Source of the DNA: the human T2T-CHM13v2.0 reference genome, Homo sapiens
Assembly: GCF_009914755.1 (NCBI RefSeq)
Contig: NC_060942.1
Reading direction: 5' to 3' (one strand)
DNA: 64,000 nucleotides
Shown here: piece by piece, positions 28,063 to 40,000 of the stretch
How the letters are laid out: each line of letters opens with the position of its first letter
Numbering within the stretch: the first letter of the stretch is position 1
The notes under the pieces: model-generated
Told to the model about the DNA's origin: nothing
What the model saw: only the letters and a program-made list of their open reading frames with translations
The model's database searches: none
Program-made: the position numbers and the translations under genes

Positions 28063-31000
28063 AGCATTCTAAGAGAATTCTTTGGGATATACGTACTCAA
28101 CTAACAGAGTTGAACCTTTCTATTTATAGATCAGTCTTGAAAAGCTCTTTTCGTGGAATCTGCAAGTGAATCTTAGGATAGCTCTGAGGATTGCGTTGGA
28201 AACGGGATTACATATAAAAAGTAGACAGCAGCATTCTCAGAAACTTCTTTGTGATGTTTGCTTTTAAGTCACAGAGTTCAATATTCCCTTCCATAGAGCC
28301 GGTTTGAAACACTTTTTTTGTAGTATCTGGAAGTGGACATTTCGAGCGATTTCAGGCCTATGTTGAAAAAGGAAACATCTTCCCATAAAAACAAGACAGA
28401 AGCATTCTCAGAAACTTCTTTGTGATGTGTGTCCTCAACTAACAGAGTTCAACCTCTCTTATAATACAGCAGTTTGAAAAAACACTTTTTGTAGAATATG
28501 CAAGTGGATATTTGAACAGCTCTAACTATTTCGTTCGAAATGGGAATATCTTCATATAAAATCTAGACAGAAGCACTCTCAGAAACTACATTGTGATATC
28601 AGTATTCAAATCACAGAGTTGAATATTCCCTTTCTTAGAGCAGGTTTGAAACCGTCTTTTCGTGGAAGCTGCAGGAGGATATTTGGATAGCTTTGAGGAT
28701 TTCGTTGGAAACGGGATTACATATACAAAGTAGACAGCAACATTCTCAGAAGCTTCTTTGTGATGTTTGCTTCTAAGTCACAGAGTTGAACATTCCCTTT
28801 CATACAGCAGGTTTGAAACACTCTTTCTGTAGTATCTGGAAGTGGACATTTCGAGCGCTTTCAGGCCCATGGTGAAAAAGGAAATATCTCCCCATAAAAA
28901 CTAGACAGAAGCATTCGCAGAAACTTGTTTGTGATGTGTGTCCTCAACCAACAGAGTTGAACATTTCCTGTGACAGAGCAGTTTGGAAACACGCTTTTTG
29001 TAGAATCTGCAAGTGGATATTTGGATAGCTTTGTGGATTTCCTTGGGAACGGGAGTATCTTCATATAAAACCTAGACGGAAACATTCTCCGAAACTCCTT
29101 TGTAATGTCTGCATTCACGTCACAGAGTTGAACATTCCCTTTCATAGAGCAGGTTTGAAACACTCTTTCTGAAGTATCTGGATGTGGACACTTGGAGCGC
29201 TTTGACGCTTACGGTGAAAAAAGGAATAACTTCCCATGAAAACTAGACAGAAGCATTCTCACAAACTGGTTTGTGATGTATGTCCTCAACTAACAGAGTT
29301 GAACCTTTCTATTTACAGAGCAGTTTTCAAAGACTCTTTTTGGAGAATCTGCAAGTGGATATCTGGAGATCTTTAAGGATTTCACTGGAAACCGGAATAT
29401 CTTCAGGTAAAATCTAGACAGAGGCATTCTCGGAAACTTCTTCGTGATGTGCGTCCTCAACTAACAGAGTACAACCTGTCTTTTGATACATCAGTTTGGA
29501 AACACTCTTTTTGTAGAATCTGCAAGAGGATATTTGGATAGCTCTAGCGATTTCGATGGATACGGGAATACCTTCATATGAAATCTAGACAGAGGCACTC
29601 TCAGAAACTGCTTTGTGATATCTGCATTCAAGTCACAGAGTTGAACATTCCCTTTCTTAGAGCAGGTTTGAAACTCTCTTTTTGTAGTATCTGGAAGTGG
29701 ACACTTGGAGCGCTTTGACGCCTTTGGTGAAAAAGGAAATGTCTTCCCATAAAAACTAGACAGAAGCATTCTAAGAAACTTCTTTGGGATATATGTACTC
29801 AACTAACAGAGTTGAACCTTTCTATTTAGAGATCAGTTTTAAAAAGCTCTTTTTGTGGAATCCGCAAGTGGATATTAGAATAGCTCTGAGGATTTCGTTG
29901 GAGACGGGATTACGTATAAAAAGTAGACAGCAGCATTCTCAAAAGCTTCTTTGTGATCTTTGCTTTTAAATCGCAGAGTTCAATATTCCCTTCCGTAGAG
30001 AAGGTTTGAAACACTCTTTCTGTAGTATCTGGAAGTGGACATTTCGAGCGATTTCAGGCCTATGTTGAAAAAGGAAATATCTTCCAATAAAAACTAGACG
30101 GAAGCATTCTCAAAAATTTCTTTGTGATGTGCGTCCTCAACTAACAGAGTTCATCCTTTCTTATGATACAGCAGTTTATAAACACTCTTTTTGTAGAATC
30201 TGCAAGTGGATATTTGCATAGCTCTAACCATTTCATAGGAAACGGGAATACCTTCATATAAAATCTAGACAGAGGCACCCTCAGAAACTGCTTTGTGATA
30301 TCTGCATTCAAGTCACAGAGTTGAACATTCCCTTTCTTAGAGCAGGTTTGAGACAATCTATTTGTAGTATCTGGTAGTGGACATTTGGAGCGCTTTGACG
30401 CCTTTGGTGAAAAAGGAAATATCTTCCATAAAAACTAGACAGAAGCATTCCAAGAATCTTCCTTGCGATATATGTACTCAACTACCAGAGTTGAACCTTT
30501 CTATTGATAGATCAGTTTTGAAAAGCTCTTTTTGTGGAATCTGCAATTGGATATAAGGATAGTTCTGAGGATTTCGTTGGAGACGGGATTGCATATAAAA
30601 AGTAGACAGCAGCATTCTCAGAAGCTTCTTTGTGATGTTTGCTTTTAAGTCACAGAGTTGAATATTCCCTTCCATAGAGCAGGTTTGAAACCCTCTTTGT
30701 CTACTATCTGGAAGTGGACATTTCGAGCGCTTTCAGGCCTATGGTGAACAAGGAAATATCGTCCCATAAAAACTAGACAGAAGCATTCGCAGAAACTTGT
30801 TTGTGATGTGTGTCCTCATCTCACAGAGGTGACCATTTCGTTTGACAGAGCAGTTTGGAAACACGCTTTTTGCAGAATACGCAAGTGGATATTTGGATAG
30901 CTGTAACGATTTCGTTGGATACGGGAATAACTTCATATAAATTCTAGACAGAGGCACTCTCAGAAACTGCTTTTTGATATCTGCATTCAAGTCACGGAGT

Positions 31001-34000
31001 TGAACATTCTCTTTCTTAGAGCAGGTTTGAAACACTCTTTTTGTAGTATCTGGAAGTGGACATTTGGAGGGCTTTGACGCCTTTGGTGAAAAAGGAAATG
31101 TCTTCCCATAAAAACTAGACAGAAGCATTCTAAGAAACTTCTTTGGGATATATGTACTCAACTAACAGAGTTGAACCTTTCTCTTTATAGATCAGTTTTG
31201 AAAAGCTCTTTTTGTGGAATCTGCAAGTGGATATTAAAATAGCTCTGAGGATTTCGTTGGAGACGGGATGACATATAAAAAGTAGACAGCAGCATTCTCA
31301 GAAGCGTCTTTGTGATGTTTGCTTTTAAGTCACAGAGTTGAATTTTCCCTTCCATAGAGCAGGTTTGAAACAATCTTTCTGTAGTATCTGGAAGTGGACA
31401 TTTCGAGCGCTTTCAGGCCTATGTTGAAAAATTAAATATCTTCTCATAAAAACTATACAGAAGCATTCTCAGAAACGTCTTTGTGATGTGTGGCCTCAAC
31501 TAACAGAGTTCAACCTTTCTTATGATACAGCAGTTTGGAAACACTCTTTTTGTAGAATATGCAATTGGATATTTGGATAGCTCTAAGTATTTCGTTGGAA
31601 ACGGGAATATCTTCATATAAAATCTAGACAGAAGCACTCTCAGAAACTACTTTGTGATATCTGCATTCAAGTCACAGAGTTGAAAATTCCCTTTCTTAGA
31701 CCAGGTTTTAAACCGTCTTCTCGTGGAATCTGCAGGAGGATATTTCGATAGCCTTGAGGGTTTAGTTGGAAACGGGATTACATATACAAAGTAGACAGCA
31801 GCATTCTCAGAAGCTTCTTTGTGATGTTTGCTTGTAAGTCACAGAGTTGAACATTCTCTTTCATAGAGCAGGTTTGAAACACTCTTCCTGTAGTATCTGG
31901 AAGTGGACATTTCGAGCGCTTTCAGGCCTATGGTGAACAAGGAAATATCTTCCCATAAAAACTAGATAGAAGCATTCGCAGAAACTTCTTTGTGATGTGT
32001 GTCCTCAACTCACAGAGTCGAACATTTCGTTTGACAGAGCAGTTTGGAAACACGCTTTTTGTAGAATCTGCAAGTGGATATTTGGATAGCTTTGCGGATT
32101 TTGCTTGAAACGGGAGTATCTTCCTATTAAACCTAGACAGAAACATTCTCAGAAACTGCTTTGTGATGTCTGCATTCACGTCACGGAGTTGAACATTCCC
32201 TTTCATAGAGCAGGTTTGAAACTCCCTTTCTGTAGTATCTGGATGTGGACACTTGGAGGGCTTTGACGCTTACGGTGAAAAAGGAAATATGTTCCCATGA
32301 AAACTAGACAGAAGCATTCTCACAAACTGGTTTGTGATGTATGTCCTCAACTAACAGACTTGAACCTTTCTATTTACAGAGCAGTTTTGAAAGACACTTT
32401 TTGGAGACTCTGCAAGTGGATATTTGGAGAGCTTTAAGGATTTCACTGGAAACCGGAATATCTTGAGGAAAAATCTAGACAGAGGCATTCTCAGAAACTT
32501 CTTTGTGATGTGTGTCCTCAACTAACAGAGTACAACTTGTCTTCTGATACAGCAGTTTCGAAACACTCTTTTTGTAGAAACTCCAAGAGGATATTTCGAT
32601 AGCTCTAACGGTTTCGTTGGAAACCGGAATACCTTCATATAAAATTTAACAGAGGCACTCTCAGAAACTGCTTTGTGATATCTGCATTCAAGTCACAGAG
32701 TTGAACATTCCCTTTCTTAGAGCAGGTTTGAAACACCCTTTTTGTAGTATCTGGAAGTGGACATTTGGAGCGCTTTGACGCCTCTGGTGAAAAAGGAAAG
32801 GTCTTCCCATAAAAACTAGACAGAAGCATTCTAAGGAACTTCTTTGGGATATATGTACTCAACTAACACAGTTGAACCTTTCTATTTATAGATCAGTTTT
32901 GAAAAGCTCTTTTTGTGGAATCCGCATGTGGATATTAGGATAGCACTGAGGATTTCGTTGGAGACGGGATTACGTATAAAAAGTAGACAGCAGCATTCTC
33001 AGAAGCTTCTTTGTGATGTTTGCTTTTAAATCGCAGAGTTCAATATTCCCTTCCATAGAGCAGGTTTGAGACACTCTTTCTGTAGTATCTGGAAGTGGAC
33101 ATTTCGAGCGATTTCAGGCCTAGGTTGAAAAAGGAAATATCTTCCAATAAAAATTAGACGGAAGCATTCTCAAAAATTTCTTTGTGATGTGTGTCCTCAA
33201 CTAACAGGGTTCAACCTTTCTTTTGATACAGCAGTTTGTAAACACTCTTTTTGTAGAATCTGCATGTGGATATTTGGATAGCTCTAACCATTTCATAGGA
33301 AACGAGAATAACTTCATATAAAATCTAGACAGAGGCACTCTCAGAAACTACTTTGTGATATCTGCGTTCAAGTCACAGAGTTGAACATTCCCTTTCTTAG
33401 AGCAGGTTTGAGACACTCTTTTTGTAGTATCTGGAAGTGGACATTTGGAGCGCTTTGACGCCTTTGGTGAAAAAGGAAATATCTTCCATAAAAACTAGAC
33501 AGAAGCATTCTAAGAAACTTCTTGGCGATATATGTACTCACCTAACAGAGTTGAACCTTTCTATTGATAGATCAGTTTCGAAAAGCTCTTTTTGTGGAAT
33601 CTGCAATTGGATATAAGGATAGTTCTGAGGATTTCGTTGGAGACGGGATTGCATATAAAAAGTAGACAGCAGCATTCTCAGAAGCTTCTTTGTGATGTTT
33701 GCTTTTAAGTCACAGAGTTGAATATTCCCTTCCATAGAGCAGGTTTGAAACCCTCTTTCTCTACTATCTGGAAGTGGACATTTCGAGCGCTTTCAGGCCT
33801 ATGGTGAACAAGGAAATATCGTCCCATAAAAACTAGACAGAAGCATTAGCAGAAAATTGTTTGTGATGTGTGCCCTCAACTCACAGAGTGGAACACTTCG
33901 TTTCACAGAGCAGTTTGGAAACACGCTTTTTGTAGAATTTGCATGTGGATATTTGGATAGCTTTGTGGATTTCGTTGGAAACGGAAGTATCCTCATATAA

Positions 34001-37000
34001 AAATTAGACAGAAACATTCTCAGAAACCGCTTTGTGATGTCTGCATTCACGTCACAGAGTTGAACATTCCCTTTCATAGAGCAGGTTTGAAACACTCTTT
34101 CTGTAGTATCTGGATGTGGACACTTGGAGCACATTGACGCTTACGGTAAAAAAGGAAATATCTTCCCATAAAAACTAGACAGAAGCATTCTCACAAACTG
34201 GTTTGTGATGTATGTCCTCAACTAACAGCGTTGAACCTTTCTATTTACAGAGCAGTTTTGAAAGACTCTTTTTGGAGAATCTGTAAGCGGATATTTGGAG
34301 AGCTTCAAGGATTTCATTTTAAACCGTAATATCTTCAGGTAAAATCTAGCCAGAGGCATTCTCAGAAACTTATTTATGATGTGTGTCCTCAACTAACAGA
34401 GTACAACCTATCTTTTGATACAGCAGTTTGGAAACACTCTTTTTGTAGAATCTGCAAGTGGATATTTCGATAGCTGTAACGATTTCGTTGGAAATGGGAA
34501 TACCTTCATATAAAATCTAGAGAGGCACTCTCCGAAAGTGCTTTGAGCTATCTGCTTTCAAGTCACAGAGTTGAACATTCCCTTTCTTAGAGAAGGTTTG
34601 AAACACTCTTTTTGTAGTATGTGTAAGTGGACACTTAGACCGCTTCGACCCCTTTGGTGAAAAAGGAAATGTCTTCCCATAAAAACTAGACAGAAGCATT
34701 CTAAGAAACTTCTTTGGGATATATGTACTCAACTAACAGAGTTGAACCTTTCTATTTCTGGGTCAGTTTTGAGAAGCTCTTTTTCTGTAATCTGCAAGTG
34801 GATATTCGGATAGCTCTGAGGATTTCCTTGGAAACGGGATTTCATATAAAATATAGACAGCAGCATTCTCAGAAGCTTCTTTGTGATGGTTGCTTTTAAG
34901 TCACAGAGTTGAATATTCCCTTCCATAGAGCAGGATTGAAACACTCTTTCTGTAGTATCCGGAAGTGGACATTTCGGGCGATTTCAGTCCTATGTTGAAA
35001 AAGGAAATATCATCCCATAAAAACTAGACAGAAGCATTCTCAGAAATTTCTTTGTGATGTGTGTCCTCAACTAACAGAGTTCAAACTGTCTTATGATACA
35101 GCAGTTTGGAAACACTCCTTTTGTAGAATATGCAAGTGGATATTTGGATAGCTCTAACTATTTCGTTGGAAACGGGAATATCTTCATATAAAATCTAGAC
35201 ACAAGCACTCTCAGAAACTACTTTCTGATATCTGCATTCAAGTCACAGAGTTGAATATTCCCTTTCTTAGAGCAGGTTTGAAACCGTCTTTTCGTGGAAT
35301 CTGCAGGAGGATATTTGGATAGCTTTGAGGATTTCGTTGGAAAAGGGATTAAATATAAAAATAGAAAGCAGCATTCTCAGAAGCTTCTTTGTGATGTTTG
35401 CTTTTAAGTCACAGTGTTCAACATTCCCTTTCATAGAGCAGTTTTGAAACACTCTTTCTGTAGTATCTGGAAGTGGACATTTCGAGTGCTTTCAGGCCTA
35501 TGGTGAAAAAGGAAATATCTTCCGATAAAAACTAGACAGAAGCATTCGCAGAAACTTGTTTGTGATATGTATCCTCAACTATCAGAGTTGAACATTTCAT
35601 TTGACAGAGCAGTTTGGAAACACGCTTTTTGTAGAATCTGCAAGTGGATATTTGGATAGCTTTGTGGATTTCCTTGGAAACGGGAGTATCTTCATATAAA
35701 ACCTAGACAGAAACATTCTCAGAAACTGCTATATGATGTCTGCATTCACGTCACAGAGTTGATCATTCCCTTTCATAGAGCAGGTTTGAAACACTCTTTC
35801 TGTACTATCTGGATGTGGACACTTGGAGCGCTTTGACGCTTAAGGTGCAAAAGAAATATCTTCCCATAAAAACTAGACAGAAGCATTCTCACAAACTGGA
35901 TTGTGATGTTTGTCCTCAACTAACAGAGTTGAAACATTTTATTTGCAGAGCAGTTTTGAAAGACTGTTTTTGGAGAATCTTCAAGTGGATATTTGGAGAG
36001 CTTTAAGGAATTCATTGGAAACGGGAATATCTTCATATAAAATCTAGACAGAGGCATTCTCAGAAACTTCTTTGTGATGTGTGTCCTCAACTAACGGCGG
36101 TACATCCTGTCTTTTGATACAGCAGTTTGGAAACACTCTTTTTGTAGAATCTGCCAGTGGATATTTGCATAGCTCTAATGATTTCTTTGGAAACGGGAAT
36201 ACCTTCATATAAAATCTAGACAGAGGCACTCTCAGAAACTGCTTTGTGATATCTGCATTCAAGTCACACAGTTCAACATTCCCTTTCTTAGAGCAGGTTT
36301 GAAACACTCTTTTTGCAGGATCTGGAAGTGGACATTTGGAGCGCTTTGACGCCTTTGGTGATAAAGGAAATGTCTTCACATAAAAACTAGAAAGAAGCAT
36401 TCTAAGAAACATCTTTGTGATATATGTACTCAACTAACCGAGTTGAACCTTGCTCTTTATAGATCAGCTTTTTAATGCTCTTTTTGTGGAATCTGCAAGT
36501 GGATATTTGGATAGCTTTCAGGATTTCGTTGGAAACGGGATTACAAACAAAATGTAGACAGCAGCATTCTCAGAAACTTCTTTGTGATGTTTGCTTTTAA
36601 GTCACAGAGTTGAACATTCCCTTCCATAGAGCAGTTTAGAAACACTCTTTCTATAGTATCTGGAAGTGGACATTTCGAGCGATTTCAGGCCTATGTTGAA
36701 AAACGAAATATCTTCCCATAAAAACTAGACAGTAGCATACTCAGAAGCTTCTTTGTGATGCTTGCTTTTAAGTCACAGAGTTGAACATTCCCTTTCGTAG
36801 AGCAGGTTTCAGACACTCTTTCTGTAGTATCTGGAAGTGGACATTTCGAGTGTTTTCAGGCCTATGGTGAACAAGGAAATATCTTCCCATAAAAACCAGA
36901 CACAAGCATTTGCAGAAACTTGTTTGTGATGCGTGTCCTCAACTCACAGAATAGAACATTTCGTTTGACAGAGCAGCTTGGAAACACGCTTTTTGTAGAA

Positions 37001-37007
37001 TCTGCAA
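28063..37007 (+). repeat. Super-HOR copy 3 (partial, ~8.9 kb)
   Basis: Matches copy 2 at offset 14,627 up to ...GAATCTGCAA at 37007 (=22380), then diverges. Confidence 0.9.
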
Positions 37008-40000
37008 TTGGATATTTGGATAGCTTTGTGGATTTCTTTGGAAACGGGAGTATCTTCATATAAAACCTAGACGGAAACATTCTCAGAAACTCCTTTGTAA
37101 TGTCTGCATTCACGTCACAGATTTGAACATTCCCTTTCATAGAGCAGGTTTGAAACACTCTTTCCGAAGTATCTGGATGTGGACACTTGGAGCGCTTTGA
37201 CGCTTACGGTGAAAAGGAAATAACTTCCCATGAAAACTAGACAGAAGCATTCTCACAAACTGGTGTGTGATGTATGTCCTCAGCTAACAGAGTTAAACCT
37301 TTCTATTTACAGAGCAGTTTTCAAAGACTCTTTTTGGAGAATCTGCAAGTGGATATCTGGAGATCTTTAAGGATTTCATTGGAAACCGGAATATCTTCAG
37401 GTAAAATCTAGACAGAGGCATTCTCAGAAACTTCTTCGTGATGTGCGTCCTCAACTAACAGAGTACAACCTGTCTTTTGATACATCAGTTTGGAAACACT
37501 CTTTTTGTAGAATCTGGAAGTGGATATTTCGATAGCTCTAACGATTTTGTTGAAAACGGGAATAGCTTCATATAAAATCTAGGCAGAGGCACTCTCAGAA
37601 ACTAATTTTGTGAGATCTGCATTCAAGTCACAGAGTTGAACATTCCCTCTCGTAGATCTGGTTTGAAACACTCTTTTTTTGTATCTGGAAGTGGATCTTT
37701 GGAGCTCTTTGACGACTTTGGTGAAAAAGGAAATATGTCCCCATAAAAACTACACCAAAGCATTCTCAGAAACTTGTTTGTGTTGTGTGTACTCATCTGA
37801 CAGAGTTGAACGTTTCTTTTTACACAGCAGTTTTGAAACACTCTTTTTGTAGAATCTGCAAGTGGATAATTGGATGACTTTAAGGATTTCGTTGGAAACG
37901 GGACTATATTCATGTAAAATCTACACAGAAGCATTCTCAGAATCTTCTTTGTGATGTGTGTCCTCAACTAACAGAGTTCAACCTTTCTTTTGATACAGCA
38001 GTTTGGAAACACTCTTTTTGTAGAATCTTCAAGTGGATATTTGGATAGCTCTAACGATTTCGTTGGAAACGGGAATGTCTTCATATAAAATCTGTACAGA
38101 AGCACTCTCAGGAGCTACTTTGTGATATCTGCATTCAGGTCACAGAGTTGAACATTCCCTTTCTTAGAGCACGTTTGAAACACACTTTTTGTAGTATCTG
38201 GAAGTGGACATTTGGAGCGCTTTCACGCCTTTGGTGAAAAAGGAAATGTCTTCCCATAAAAACTAGACAGAAGCATTCTAAGAAACTTCTTTGTGATATA
38301 TGCACTCAACTAACCGAGTTGAACCTTTCTCTTTATAGATCAGTTTGAAATGCTCTTTTTGTGGAATCTGCAAGTGGATATTTGGATAGCTCTGAGGATT
38401 TCGTTGGAATCGGGATTACATATAAAATATAGACAGCAGCATTCTCAGAAGCTCCTTGTGATGTTTGCTTTTAAGTCACAGAGTTGAACATTCCCTTCCA
38501 TAGAGCAGTTTTGAAACACTCTTTCTGTAGTATCTCTAAGTGGACATTTCGAGCGATGTCAGGCCTATGTTGAAAAAGGAAATAACTTCCCATAAAAAGT
38601 AGACAGAAGCATTCTCAGAAACTTATTTGTGATGGGTGTCCTCAACTAACAGAGTTGAACGTTTCTTTTGATACAACAGTTTAGAAACACTCTTTTTGTA
38701 GTATCTGCAAGCGGATATTTCGATAACTTTGAAGATTTCGTTGGAAACGGGAATATCTTCATATACAATCTAGACAGAGGCACTCTCAGAAACTGCTTTG
38801 TGATGTCTGCATTCAAGTCACAGAATTGAACATTCTCTTTCATCGAGCACGTTTGTAACACCGTTTCTGTAGTATCTGGATGTGGACATTTGAGCGCTTT
38901 GACGCGTACGGTGACATAGGAAATATCTTCCCTTAAAAACTAGACAGAAGCCTTCTCACAAACTGCTTTGTGATGTATGTCCTCCACTAACAGAGTTGAA
39001 CCTTTCTATTTACAGGGCAGTTTTGAAAGACTCTTTTTGTAGAATCTGCAAGCGGATATTTGGATACCTTTAAGTAGATTTCATTGGAAACGGAAAAGTC
39101 ATTCTCAGAAACTTCTTTGTGATATGTGTCCCCACCTAACAGAGTACAACCTGTCTTTGGATACAGCAGTTTGGAAACACTCTTTTTGCAGAATCTGCAA
39201 GTGGATATTTGGATAGCTCTGACGATATCCTTGGAAACGGGAATATCTTCATATAAAATCTAGACAGAAGCACTCTCAGGAGGTACTTTGTGATATCTGC
39301 ATTCAAGTCACAGAGTTGAACATTCCCTTTCATAGAGCTGGTTTGAAACACTCTTTTTGTTGTATCTGGAAATGGATCTTTGGAGCGCTTTGCCGACTTT
39401 GGAGAAAAAGGAAATATCTTCCCATAAAAACTAGACAGAAGCATTCTCAGAAACTTGTTTGTGATGTGTGTACTCAACTGACAGAGTTGAACGTTTCTTT
39501 TTACACAGCAGTTTTGAAACACTCTTTTTGTAAAATCTGCAAGTGGATAATTGGATGGCTTTAAGGATTTCCTTGGAAACGGGACTATATTCATGTAAAA
39601 TCTACACAGAAGCATTCTCAGAAACTTCTTTGTGATGTGTGTCCTTAACTAACAGAGTTCAACCTTTCTTTTGATACAGCAGTTTCGAAACACTCCTTTT
39701 GTAGAATATGCAAGTGGATATTTGGATAGCTCTAACGATTTCATAGGAAATGGGAATACCTTCATATAAAATCTAGACAGAGGCACTCTCAGAAACTGCT
39801 TTGTGATATCTGCACTCAAGTCACAGAGTTGAACATTCCCTTTCTTAGAGCAGGTTTGAGACACTTTGTAGTATCTGGAAGTGGACATTTTTAGCGCTTT
39901 GACGCCTTTGGTGAAAAAGGAAATGTTTTCCCATAAAAACTAGACAGAAGCATTCTAAGAAACTTCTTTGGGATATATGTACTCAACTAACAGAGTTGAA

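Noticed and set aside
1-37007. Active chr18 kinetochore array D18Z1
   Set aside because: The base period is ~10 monomers with irregular A/B order and many broken CENP-B boxes, at the array edge. This fits a minor D18Z2-type array, though the exact name needs HMM typing.
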